From the NCBI GenBank assembly GCA_964016885.1, contig OZ024743.1, positions 141,112,001 to 141,176,000 of the forward strand: a DNA stretch of 64,000 nucleotides, read 5' to 3'. The notes under the pieces were generated by a model that saw only the letters and a program-made list of their open reading frames with translations, was not told the DNA's origin and did no database searches. The position numbers were made by a program, and so were the translations under genes. This document shows, piece after piece, positions 1 to 14,391 of the stretch. This stretch comes from Eledone cirrhosa (Eukaryota). Every line of letters begins with the position of its first letter. Position 1 is the stretch's first letter.

Positions 1-2365
1 CAACCAGCAAACACCAAACACCAAACACCAAACACCAAACACCAAACAGCAAACACCAAACAGCAAACACCAAACACCAAACACCAAACAGCAAATGCCA
101 AAAAGCAAACGCCAAACCCCAAACGCCAAACAGCAAATGCCAAACCCCAAACGCCAAACAGGAAACGCCAAGCGCCAAACGCCAAACACCAAGTGTCAAG
201 CACCAAACACCAAACACCAAGCACCAAGCACCAAGCACCAAACACCAAACACCAAGCAACAAGTACCAAACACCAAACACCAAGCACCAAACACCAAACA
301 GCAAACGCCAAAAAGCAAACGCCAAACCCCATACGCCAAACAGCAAATGCCAAACCCCAAACGCCAAACAGCAAACGCCAAGCACCAAACACCAAACACC
401 AAGCGCCAAGCACCAAACACCAAACACCAAGCACCAAGCACCAAACACCAAACACCAAGCACCAATCACCAAACACCAAGCACCAAGCGCCAAGCACCAA
501 ACACCAAACACCTAGCACCAAGCACCAAGCACCAAACACCAAGTACCAAACACCAATCACCAAGCCCCAAGCACCAAACACCAAGCGCCAAGCACCAAAC
601 ACCAAACACCAAGCACCAAGCACCCAGAACCAAGCACCTAGCACCAAACACCAAGCACCAAGCACCGAGCACCAAACACCAAGAACCAAGCACCAAGCTC
701 TAAACACCAAACACCAAACACCAAGCACCAAACACCAAACACCAAACACCAAACACCAAACAGCAAATGCCAAAAAGCAAACGCCAAACCCCAAACGCCA
801 AACAGTAAATGCCAAACCCCAAACGCCAAACAGCAAACGCCAAGCGCCAAACGCCAAACACCAAGCGCCAAGCACCAAACACCAAACACCAAGCACCAAG
901 CACCAAACACCAAACACCAAGCACCAAGTACCAAACACCAAACACCAAGCACCAAACACCAAACAGCAAACGCCAAAAAGCAAACGCCAAACCCCATACG
1001 CCAAACAGCAAATGCCAAACCCCAAACGCCAAACAGCAAACGCCAAGCACCGAACACCAAACACCAAGCGCCAAGCACCAAACACCAAACACCAAGCACC
1101 AAGCACCAAACACCAAACCCCAAGCACCAATCACCAAACACCAAGCACCGAGCGCCAAGCACCAAACACCAAACACCTAGCACCAAGCACCAAGCACCAA
1201 ACACCAAGTACCAAACACCAATCACCAAGCCCCAAGCACCAAACACCAAGCACCAAGCACCAAACACCAAACACCAAGCACCAAGCACCCAGAACCAAGC
1301 ACCAAGCACCAAACACCAAGCACCAAGCACCGAGCACCAAACACCAAGAACCAAGCACCAAGCACTAAACACCAAACACCAAGCACCAAGCACCAAACAC
1401 CAAACACCAAGCACCAAACACCAAACAGCAAACGCCAAAAAGCAAACGCCAAACCCCATATGCCAAACAGCAAATGCCAAACTCCAAACGCCAAACAGCA
1501 AACGCCAGGCACCAAACACCAAACACCAAGCGCCAAGCACCAAACACCAAACACCAAGCACCAAGCACCAAACACCAAACACCAAGCACCAATCACCAAA
1601 CACCAAGCACCAAGCGCCAAGCACCAAACACCAAACACCTAGCACCAAGCACCAAGCACCAAACACCAAGCACCAAACACCAATCACCAAGCCCCAAGCA
1701 CCAAACACCAAGCACCAAGCACCAAACACCAAACACCAAGCACCAAGCACCAAGGACCAAGCACCAAACACCAAGCACCAAGCACCGAGCACCAAACACC
1801 AAGAACCAAGCACCAAGCACTAAACACCAAACACCAAGCACCAAGCACCAAACACCAAACACCAAGCACCAAGCACCAAATCCCAAGCACCAAACACCAA
1901 GCACCAATCACCAAACACCAAACACCAAGCACCAAGCACCAAACTCCAAAAACCAAGCACCAAGCACCAAGCACCAAACACCAAACGCCAAACACCAAAC
2001 ACCAAGTACCAAGCACCAAACACCAAGCACCAAGCGCCAAAGACCAAACACCAAGCACCAAGCACGAAACACCAAGCACCAAGCACCGAGCACCAAACAC
2101 CAAGTACCAAGCACCAATCACCAAACACCAAGCACCAAGCACCAAACACCAAACACCAAGCACCAAGCACCAAGCATCAAGCACCAAGCACCAAACACCA
2201 ACCACCAAGCACCAAACACCAAACACAAAACAACAAGTACCAAGCACCAAACACCAAACACCAAACACCAAACACCAAGCACCAAGCACAAGACACCAAG
2301 CACCAAGCACCAAGCACCAAGCACCAAAAACCAAGCACCAAGCTCCAAGCACCAAACACCAAGCA
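1..2365 (+). repeat. Slightly diverged copy of the block at ~5437-7773 and ~10680-13016
   Basis: Near-identical ORF translations at 95/5531/10774 and 809/6245/11488 (offset 5436 to the second copy) and 1474/6882/12125 (offset 5408). Shared rare units TGTCAAG, CTCTAAA, CAGTAAA. Confidence 0.88.
299..382 (+). repeat. Representative 84-bp (12-unit) CpG-rich cassette CAGCAAA CGCCAAA AAGCAAA CGCCAAA CCCCATA CGCCAAA CAGCAAA TGCCAAA CCCCAAA CGCCAAA CAGCAAA CGCCAAG; recurs roughly 85-90 times (eye count) up to ~57.4 kb
   Basis: Read directly at 299-382. Copies at e.g. 964, 1426, 5735, 16311, 24705, 34148, 45107, 56722. It produces the recurrent MPNPKRQTANAK ORF starts. Confidence 0.93.
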
Positions 2366-2749
2366 CCAAAGACCAAACACCAAGCACCAAGCACGAAACA
2401 CCAAGCACCAAGCACCGAGCACCAAACACCAAACACCAAACACGAAGCACCAAGCACCAAACACCAAACACCAAGAACCAAGCACCAAACACCAAATACC
2501 AAGCACCAAGCACTAAACACCAAACACCAAGCACCAAACACCAAGCACCAAGCACCAAGCACCAAGCACCAAACACAAAACACCAAGTACCAAGCACCAA
2601 GCACCAAACACCAAACACCAAACACCAAGCACCAAGCACCAAACACCAAACACCAAGCACCAAGCACCAGAGACCAAGCACCAAGCACCAAGGACCAAAC
2701 ACCAAACACCAAACACCAGGCACAAAGCACCAAACACCAAGCACCAAGC

Positions 2750-5000
2750 ACCAAACACCAAAGACCAAACACAAAGCACCAAAGAGCAAAAACAAAGCAC
2801 CAAGCACCAAACACCAAACACCAAACACCAAACAGCAAACACCAAACACCAAATAGCAAACACCAAAGGGCAAACTCCAAACACCAAACAGCAAACACAA
2901 AACACCAAACAGCAAACAACAAACAGCAAACAGCAAACAGCAAACAGCAAACACCAAACACCAAGCACCAAGCACCAAGCACCAAACACCAACACCAAGC
3001 ACCAAGCACCAAACACCAAGCACCAAGCACCAAACACCAAACACCAAGCTCCAAGCACCAAAAAAAAAAAACACCAAGCACCAAACCCCAAGCACCAAAC
3101 ACCAAGCACAAAACACCAAGCACCAAGCACCAAACAACAAACATCAAACAGCAATCACCAAACATCAAACAGCAAACAACAAACACCAAACACCAAACAT
3201 CAAACACCAAACAGCAAACAACAAACAACAAACGCCAAACATCAAACGCCAAACACCAAACGCCAAATAGCAAACACCAAACCGCAAACACCAAACACCA
3301 AACAGCAAACACCAAACACCAAACAGCGAACTCCAAACAGCAAACACCAAACAGCAAACAGCAAACAGCAAACACCAAACACCAAACACCAAGCACCAAA
3401 CTCCAAACACCAAGCACCAAGCACCAAGCACAAAACACCAAGCACCAAGCGCTAAACATAAAACACTAAGCACCAAGCACCAAGCACCAAGCACCAAACA
3501 CCAAACATCAAACACCAATCACCAAACATCAAACAGCAAACACCAAACACCAAACACCAAACATCAAACACCAAATAGCAAACAACAAACAACAAACGCC
3601 AAACATCAAACGCCAAACACAAACACCAAATAGCAAACACCAAACCGCAAACACCAAACACCAAACAGCAAACACCAAACACCAAACAGCGAACACCAAA
3701 CAGCAAACACCAAACAGCAAACACCAAACACCAAGCACCAAACACCAAACACCAAGCACGAAGCACCAAGCACAAAACACCAAGCACCAAGCACCAAACA
3801 CCAAGCACCAAACACCAAACACCAAGCACCAAGCGCCAAACACCAAGCACCAAGCACCAAGCACGAAACACCAAGCACCAATCACCAAACACCAAACACC
3901 AAGCACCAAACACCAAACAGCAAACACCAAACACCAAACAGTAAACACCAAACACCAAACAGCAAACACCAAACACCAAACACCAAACAGCAAACACCAA
4001 ACACCAAACACCAAACAGCAAACACCAAACATACAGCAAACAGCAAACACCAAGCAGCAAACACCAAACAGCAAACACCAAACACCAAACACCAAATAGC
4101 AAACACCAAACAGCAAACACCAAACAGCAAACACCAAACAGCAAACACCAGACAGCAAACAGCAAACACCAAACACCAAACACCAAGCACCAAGCACCAA
4201 ACACCAAGCACCAAGCAACAAGCACCAATCACCAAGCACCAAGCACTAAACACCAAACACCAAGCACCAAGCACCAAGCACCAAACAGCAAGCACCAAGC
4301 ACCATGCACCAAACGCCAAGCACCAAGCACCAAACACCAAGCACCAAGCACCAAGCACCAAACACCAAGCACCAAAGATCAAGCACCAAATACCAAGCAC
4401 CAAGCACCAAACACCAATCACCAAGCACCAAGCACCAAACACCAAGAACCAAGCACCAATCACTAAACACCAAACACCAAGCACCAAGCACCAAACACCA
4501 AACACCAAGCACCAAGTACCAAACACCAAACACCAAACACCAAGCACCAAGCACCAAATCCCAAGCACCAAACACCAAGCACCAAGCACCAAACACCAAA
4601 CACCAAGCACGAAGCACCAAGCATCAAATACCAAACACCAAACACCAAGCACCACACATCAAACACCAAGCACGAAGCACCAATCGCCAAGCACCAAGCA
4701 CCAAGCAATAAACACAAAGCACCAAGCACCAAGCACCAAGCACCAAGCACCAAGCACCAAGCACCAAACACCAAGCACCAAGCACCCAACACCAAACACC
4801 AATCACCAAGCACCAAAGAGCAAACACGAAGCCCCAAGCACCAAACACCCAACACCAAACACCAAACATCAAACACCAATCACGAATCACAAAACACCAA
4901 ACACCAAACATCAAACACCAATCACGAATCACCAAGCACCAAACACCAAACACCAAGCACCAAGCACCAAGCACCAAACACCAAACACCAAGCACCAAGC
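2750..5000 (+). repeat. Divergent, cassette-free domain of the array rich in CAGCAAA/CATCAAA/TAGCAAA units, including an A12 run
   Basis: Private units GGGCAAA (2868), CCGCAAA, CATAAAA and CACGAAT (4881); A12 at 3060-3071; no CGCC/AAGC cassette between ~1510 and ~5520. Confidence 0.85.
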
Positions 5001-8000
5001 ACTAAACACCAAACACCAAGCACCAAGCACCAAGCACCAAACACCAAGCACCAAGCACCAAGCACCAAACACCAAGCACCAAGCACCAAACACCAAACAC
5101 CAAGCACCAAACACCAAGCACCAAACAGCAAGCACCAAGCACCAAGCACCAGACACCAAGCACCAAGCACCAAACACCAAACACCAAGCACCAAGCACTA
5201 AACACCAAACACCAAGCACCAAGCACCAAGCACCAAGCACCAAGCACCAAACACCAAGCACCAAGCACCAAGCACCAAGCACCAAGCACCAAACACCAAG
5301 CACCAAGCACCAAACAGCAAACACCAAGCACCAAGCACCAAACACCAAGCACGAAGCACCAAGCACCATGCACCAAACACCAAGCACCAAGCACCAAACA
5401 GCAAACACCAAACAGCAAACACCAAACACCAAACACCAACCAGCAAACACCAAACACCAAACACCAAACACCAAACACCAAACAGCAAACACCAAACAGC
5501 AAACACCAAACACCAAACACCAAACAGCAAATGCCAAAAAGCAAACGCCAAACCCCAAACGCCAAACAGCAAATGCCAAACCCCAAACGCCAAACAGCAA
5601 ACGCCAAGCGCCAAACGCCAAACACCAAGTGTCAAGCACCAAACACCAAACACCAAGCACCAAGCACCAAGCACCAAACACCAAACACCAAGCACCAAGT
5701 ACCAAACACCAAACACCAAGCACCAAACACCAAACAGCAAACGCCAAAATGCAAACGCCAAACCCCATACGCCAAACAGCAAATGCCAAACCCCAAACGC
5801 CAAACAGCAAACGCCAAGCACCAAACACCAAACACCAAGCGCCAAGCACCAAACACCAAACACCAAGCACCAAGCACCAAACACCAAACACCAAGCACCA
5901 ATCACCAAACACCAAGCACCAAGCGCCAAGCACCAAACACCAAACACCTAGCACCAAGCACCAAGCACCAAACACCAAGTACCAAACACCAATCACCAAG
6001 CCCCAAGCACCAAACACCAAGCGCCAAGCACCAAACACCAAACACCAAGCACCAAGCACCCAGAACCAAGCACCAAGCACCAAACACCAAGCACCAAGCA
6101 CCGAGCACCAAACACCAAGAACCAAGCACCAAGCTCTAAACACCAAACACCAAACACCAAGCACCAAACACCAAACACCAAACACCAAACACCAAACAGC
6201 AAATGCCAAAAAGCAAACGCCAAACCCCAAACGCCAAACAGTAAATGCCAAACCCCAAACGCCAAACAGCAAACGCCAAGCGCCAAACGCCAAACACCAA
6301 GCGCCAAGCACCAAACACCAAACACCAAGCACCAAGCACCAAACACCAAACACCAAGCACCAAGTACCAAACACAAAACACCAAGCACCAAACACCAAAC
6401 AGCAAACGCCAAAAAGCAAACGCCAAACCCCATACGCCAAACAGCAAATGCCAAACCCCAAACGCCAAACAGCAAACGCCAAGCACCGAACACCAAACAC
6501 CAAGCGCCAAGCACCAAACACCAAACACCAAGCACCAAGCACCAAACACCAAACCCCAAGCACCAATCACCAAACACCAAGCACCGAGCGCCAAGCACCA
6601 AACACCAAACACCTAGCACCAAGCACCAAGCACCAAACACCAAGTACCAAACACCAATCACCAAGCCCCAAGCACCAAACACCAAGCACCAAGCACCAAA
6701 CACCAAACACCAAGCACCAAGCACCCAGAACCAAGCACCAAGCACCAAACACCAAGCACCAAGCACCGAGCACCAAACACCAAGAACCAAGCACCAAGCA
6801 CTAAACACCAAACACCAAGCACCAAACACCAAACAGCAAACGCCAAAAAGCAAACGCCAAACCCCATATGCCAAACAGCAAATGCCAAACTCCAAACGCC
6901 AAACAGCAAACGCCAGGCACCAAACACCAAACACCAAGCGCCAAGCACCAAACACCAAACACCAAGCACCAAGCACCAAACACCAAACACCAAGCACCAA
7001 TCACCAAACACCAAGCACCAAGCGCCAAGCACCAAACACCAAACACCTAGCACCAAGCACCAAGCACCAAACACCAAGCACCAAACACCAATCACCAAGC
7101 CCCAAGCACCAAACACCAAGCACCAAGCACCAAACACCAAAGACCAAGCACCAAGCACCAAGGTCCAAGCACCAAACACCAAGCACCAAGCACCGAGCAC
7201 CAAACACCAAGAACCAAGCACCAAGCACTAAACACCAAACACCAAGCACCAAGCACCAAACACCAAACACCAAGCACCAAGCACCAAATCCCAAGCACCA
7301 AACACCAAGCACCAATCACCAAACACCAAACACCAAGCACCAAGCACCAAACTCCAAAAACCAAGCACCAAGCACCAAGCACCAAACACCAAACGCCAAA
7401 CACCAAACACCAAGTACCAAGCACCAAACACCAAGCACCAAGCGCCAAAGACCAAACACCAAGCACCAAGCACGAAACACCAAGCACCAAGCACCGAGCA
7501 CCAAACACCAAGTACCAAGCACCAATCACCAAACACCAAGCACCAAGCACCAAACACCAAACACCAAGCACCAAGCACCAAGCATCAAGCACCAAGCACC
7601 AAACACCAACCACCAAGCACCAAACACCAAACACAAAACAACAAGTACCAAGCACCAAACACCAAACACCAAACACCAAACACCAAGCACCAAGCACAAG
7701 ACACCAAGCACCAAGCACCAAGCACCAAGCACCAAAAACCAAGCACCAAGCTCCAAGCACCAAACACCAAGCACCAAACACCAAACACCAAGCACCAAGC
7801 ACCAAACACCAAGCACCAAGCGCCAAACACCAAGCACCAAGCACCAAACACCAAGCACCAACCACCAAGCACCAAACACCAAGCACCAAGCACCAAGCAC
7901 CAAGCACCAAGCACCAAACACCAAGCACCAAGCACCAAACAGCAAACACCAAGCACCAAACACCAAACACCAAGCACCAAGCAACAAACACCAAACACCA

Positions 8001-11000
8001 AGCACCAAACACCAAGCACCAAGACCCAAGCACGAAACACCAAGCACCAAGCACGAAACACCAAGCACCAAGCACCAAGCACCATGCACCAAACACCAAG
8101 CACCAAGCACCAAACAGCAAACACCAAACAGCAAACACCAAACAGCAAACACCAAACAGCAAACACCAAACAGCAATAACCAAACAGCAAACGCCAAAAA
8201 GCAAACGCCAAACTCCAAACGCCAAACAGCAAATGCCAAACCCAAACGCCAAACAGCAAACGCCAAGCACAAAACACCAAACACCAAGCGCCAAGCACCA
8301 AACACCAAACACCAAGCACCAAGCACCAAACACCAAACACCAAGCACCAAGTACCAAGCACCAACCACCAAGCACCAAACACCAAGCACCAAGCACCAAG
8401 CACCAAGCACCAAGCACCAAACACCAAGCACCAAGCACCAAACAGCAAACACCAAGCACCAAACACCAAACACCAAGCACCAAGCAACAAACACCAAACA
8501 CCAAGCACCAAACACCAAGCACCAAGCCCCAAGCACGAAACACCAAGCACCAAGCACGAAACACCAAGCACCAAGCACCAAGCACCATGCACCAAACACC
8601 AAGCACCAAGCACCAAACAGCAAATACCAAACAGCAAACACCAAACAGCAAACACCAAACAGCAAACACCAAACAGCAATAACCAAACAGCAAACGCCAA
8701 AAAGCAAACGCCAAACTCCAAACGCCAAACAGCAAATGCCAAACCCCTAATGCCAAACGGCAAACGCCAAGCACCAAACACCAAACACCAAGCGCCAAGC
8801 ACCAAACACCAAACACCAAGCACCAAGCACCAAATACCAAACACCAAGCACCAATCACCAAACACCAAACACCAAGCGCCAAACACCAAACACCAAACAC
8901 CTATCACCAAGCACCAAGCACCAAACACCAAGCACCAAACACCAAGCACCAAGCACCAAGCACCAAGCACCAAACACCAATCACCAAGCCCCAAGCACCA
9001 AACACCAAGCACCCAGCACCAAACACCAAACACCAAGCACCAAGCACCCAGAACAAAGCACCAAGCACCAAACACCAAACACCAAGCTCCAAGCACCAAA
9101 CACCAAACACCAAGCACCAAGCACCAAGCACCAAACACCAAACACCAAACAGCAAACACCAAACATACAGCAAACAGCAAACACCAAGCAGCAAACACCA
9201 AACAGCAAACACCAAACACCAAACACCAAATAGCAAACACCAAACACCAAACACCAAACAGCAAACACCAAACATACAGCAAACAGCAAACACCAAGCAG
9301 CAAACACCAAACAGCAAACACCAAACACCAAACACCAAATAGCAAACACCAAACAGCAAACACCAAACAGCAAACACCAAACAGCAAACACCAGACAGCA
9401 AACAGCAAACACCAAACACCAAACACCAAGCACCAAGCACCAAACACCAAGCACCAAGCAACAAGCACCAATCACCAAGCACCAAGCACTAAACACCAAA
9501 CACCAAGCACCAAGCACCAAGCACCAAACAGCAAGCACCAAGCACCATGCACCAAACGCCAAGCACCAAGCACCAAACACCAAGCACCAAGCACCAAGCA
9601 CCAAACACCAAGCACCAAAGATCAAGCACCAAATACCAAGCACCAAGCACCAAACACCAATCACCAAGCACCAAGCACCAAACACCAAGAACCAAGCACC
9701 AATCACTAAACACCAAACACCAAGCACCAAGCACCAAACACCAAACACCAAGCACCAAGTACCAAACACCAAACACCAAACACCAAGCACCAAGCACCAA
9801 ATCCCAAGCACCAAACACCAAGCACCAAGCACCAAACACCAAACACCAAGCACGAAGCACCAAGCATCAAATACCAAACACCAAACACCAAGCACCACAC
9901 ATCAAACACCAAGCACGAAGCACCAATCGCCAAGCACCAAGCACCAAGCAATAAACACAAAGCACCAAGCACCAAGCACCAAGCACCAAGCACCAAGCAC
10001 CAAGCACCAAACACCAAGCACCAAGCACCCAACACCAAACACCAATCACCAAGCACCAAAGAGCAAACACGAAGCCCCAAGCACCAAACACCCAACACCA
10101 AACACCAAACATCAAACACCAATCACGAATCACAAAACACCAAACACCAAACATCAAACACCAATCACGAATCACCAAGCACCAAACACCAAACACCAAG
10201 CACCAAGCACCAAGCACCAAACACCAAACACCAAGCACCAAGCACTAAACACCAAACACCAAGCACCAAGCACCAAGCACCAAACACCAAGCACCAAGCA
10301 CCAAGCACCAAACACCAAGCACCAAGCACCAAACACCAAACACCAAGCACCAAACACCAAGCACCAAACAGCAAGCACCAAGCACCAAGCACCAGACACC
10401 AAGCACCAAGCACCAAACACCAAACACCAAGCACCAAGCACTAAACACCAAACACCAAGCACCAAGCACCAAGCACCAAGCACCAAGCACCAAACACCAA
10501 GCACCAAGCACCAAGCACCAAGCACCAAGCACCAAACACCAAGCACCAAGCACCAAACAGCAAACACCAAGCACCAAGCACCAAACACCAAGCACGAAGC
10601 ACCAAGCACCATGCACCAAACACCAAGCACCAAGCACCAAACAGCAAACACCAAACAGCAAACACCAAACACCAAACACCAACCAGCAAACACCAAACAC
10701 CAAACACCAAACACCAAACACCAAACAGCAAACACCAAACAGCAAACACCAAACACCAAACACCAAACAGCAAATGCCAAAAAGCAAACGCCAAACCCCA
10801 AACGCCAAACAGCAAATGCCAAACCCCAAACGCCAAACAGCAAACGCCAAGCGCCAAACGCCAAACACCAAGTGTCAAGCACCAAACACCAAACACCAAG
10901 CACCAAGCACCAAGCACCAAACACCAAACACCAAGCACCAAGTACCAAACACCAAACACCAAGCACCAAACACCAAACAGCAAACGCCAAAATGCAAACG

Positions 11001-14000
11001 CCAAACCCCATACGCCAAACAGCAAATGCCAAACCCCAAACGCCAAACAGCAAACGCCAAGCACCAAACACCAAACACCAAGCGCCAAGCACCAAACACC
11101 AAACACCAAGCACCAAGCACCAAACACCAAACACCAAGCACCAATCACCAAACACCAAGCACCAAGCGCCAAGCACCAAACACCAAACACCTAGCACCAA
11201 GCACCAAGCACCAAACACCAAGTACCAAACACCAATCACCAAGCCCCAAGCACCAAACACCAAGCGCCAAGCACCAAACACCAAACACCAAGCACCAAGC
11301 ACCCAGAACCAAGCACCAAGCACCAAACACCAAGCACCAAGCACCGAGCACCAAACACCAAGAACCAAGCACCAAGCTCTAAACACCAAACACCAAACAC
11401 CAAGCACCAAACACCAAACACCAAACACCAAACACCAAACAGCAAATGCCAAAAAGCAAACGCCAAACCCCAAACGCCAAACAGTAAATGCCAAACCCCA
11501 AACGCCAAACAGCAAACGCCAAGCGCCAAACGCCAAACACCAAGCGCCAAGCACCAAACACCAAACACCAAGCACCAAGCACCAAACACCAAACACCAAG
11601 CACCAAGTACCAAACACAAAACACCAAGCACCAAACACCAAACAGCAAACGCCAAAAAGCAAACGCCAAACCCCATACGCCAAACAGCAAATGCCAAACC
11701 CCAAACGCCAAACAGCAAACGCCAAGCACCGAACACCAAACACCAAGCGCCAAGCACCAAACACCAAACACCAAGCACCAAGCACCAAACACCAAACCCC
11801 AAGCACCAATCACCAAACACCAAGCACCGAGCGCCAAGCACCAAACACCAAACACCTAGCACCAAGCACCAAGCACCAAACACCAAGTACCAAACACCAA
11901 TCACCAAGCCCCAAGCACCAAACACCAAGCACCAAGCACCAAACACCAAACACCAAGCACCAAGCACCCAGAACCAAGCACCAAGCACCAAACACCAAGC
12001 ACCAAGCACCGAGCACCAAACACCAAGAACCAAGCACCAAGCACTAAACACCAAACACCAAGCACCAAACACCAAACAGCAAACGCCAAAAAGCAAACGC
12101 CAAACCCCATATGCCAAACAGCAAATGCCAAACTCCAAACGCCAAACAGCAAACGCCAGGCACCAAACACCAAACACCAAGCGCCAAGCACCAAACACCA
12201 AACACCAAGCACCAAGCACCAAACACCAAACACCAAGCACCAATCACCAAACACCAAGCACCAAGCGCCAAGCACCAAACACCAAACACCTAGCACCAAG
12301 CACCAAGCACCAAACACCAAGCACCAAACACCAATCACCAAGCCCCAAGCACCAAACACCAAGCACCAAGCACCAAACACCAAAGACCAAGCACCAAGCA
12401 CCAAGGTCCAAGCACCAAACACCAAGCACCAAGCACCGAGCACCAAACACCAAGAACCAAGCACCAAGCACTAAACACCAAACACCAAGCACCAAGCACC
12501 AAACACCAAACACCAAGCACCAAGCACCAAATCCCAAGCACCAAACACCAAGCACCAATCACCAAACACCAAACACCAAGCACCAAGCACCAAACTCCAA
12601 AAACCAAGCACCAAGCACCAAGCACCAAACACCAAACGCCAAACACCAAACACCAAGTACCAAGCACCAAACACCAAGCACCAAGCGCCAAAGACCAAAC
12701 ACCAAGCACCAAGCACGAAACACCAAGCACCAAGCACCGAGCACCAAACACCAAGTACCAAGCACCAATCACCAAACACCAAGCACCAAGCACCAAACAC
12801 CAAACACCAAGCACCAAGCACCAAGCATCAAGCACCAAGCACCAAACACCAACCACCAAGCACCAAACACCAAACACAAAACAACAAGTACCAAGCACCA
12901 AACACCAAACACCAAACACCAAACACCAAGCACCAAGCACAAGACACCAAGCACCAAGCACCAAGCACCAAGCACCAAAAACCAAGCACCAAGCTCCAAG
13001 CACCAAACACCAAGCACCAAACACCAAACACCAAGCACCAAGCACCAAACACCAAGCACCAAGCGCCAAACACCAAGCACCAAGCACCAAACACCAAGCA
13101 CCAACCACCAAGCACCAAACACCAAGCACCAAGCACCAAGCACCAAGCACCAAGCACCAAACACCAAGCACCAAGCACCAAACAGCAAACACCAAGCACC
13201 AAACACCAAACACCAAGCACCAAGCAACAAACACCAAACACCAAGCACCAAACACCAAGCACCAAGACCCAAGCACGAAACACCAAGCACCAAGCACGAA
13301 ACACCAAGCACCAAGCACCAAGCACCATGCACCAAACACCAAGCACCAAGCACCAAACAGCAAACACCAAACAGCAAACACCAAACAGCAAACACCAAAC
13401 AGCAAACACCAAACAGCAATAACCAAACAGCAAACGCCAAAAAGCAAACGCCAAACTCCAAACGCCAAACAGCAAATGCCAAACCCAAACGCCAAACAGC
13501 AAACGCCAAGCACAAAACACCAAACACCAAGCGCCAAGCACCAAACACCAAACACCAAGCACCAAGCACCAAACACCAAACACCAAGCACCAAGTACCAA
13601 GCACCAACCTCCAAGCACCAAACACCAAGCACCAAGCACCAAGCACCAAGCACCAAGCACCAAACACCAAGCACCAAGCACCAAACAGCAAACACCAAGC
13701 ACCAAACACCAAACACCAAGCACCAAGCAACAAACACCAAACACCAAGCACCAAACACCAAGCACCAAGCCCCAAGCACGAAACACCAAGCACCAAGCAC
13801 GAAACACCAAGCACCAAGCACCAAGCACCATGCACCAAACACCAAGCACCAAGCACCAAACAGCAAATACCAAACAGCAAACACCAAACAGCAAACACCA
13901 AACAGCAAACACCAAACAGCAATAACCAAACAGCAAACGCCAAAAAGCAAACGCCAAACTCCAAACGCCAAACAGCAAATGCCAAACCCCTAATGCCAAA

Positions 14001-14391
14001 CGGCAAACGCCAAGCACCAAACACCAAACACCAAGCGCCAAGCACCAAACACCAAACACCAAGCACCAAGCACCAAATACCAAACACCAAGCACCAATCA
14101 CCAAACACCAAACACCAAGCGCCAAACACCAAACACCAAACACCTATCACCAAGCACCAAGCACCAAACACCAAGCACCAAACACCAAGCACCAAGCACC
14201 AAGCACCAAGCACCAAACACCAATCACCAAGCCCCAAGCACCAAACACCAAGCACCCAGCACCAAACACCAAACACCAAGCACCAAGCACCCAGAACAAA
14301 GCACCAAGCACCAAACACCAAACACCAAGCTCCAAGCACCAAACACCAAACACCAAGCACCAAGCACCAAGCACCAAACACCAAACACCAA
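3989..14391 (+). repeat. Near-perfect tandem duplication, period 5243 bp (749 units): ~3989-9148 and ~9232-14391
   Basis: Constant 5243 offset of matching ORFs (4304/9547, 5368/10611, 6882/12125, 8233/13476) and markers (CATACAG 4030/9273; GCTCC 9086/14329). One visible SNP, 8367 A vs 13610 T. Confidence 0.95.
7855..8750 (+). repeat. Internal ~503-bp tandem duplication (also present at +5243)
   Basis: The series CACCAAC-CAACAAA-CACGAAA x2-CACCATG-CAGCAAT AACCAAA-cassette occurs twice, 503 bp apart. Confidence 0.8.

Noticed and set aside
3060-3071. Poly(A) tail of a retroposed element
   Set aside because: Both flanks are ordinary satellite units with no element body.
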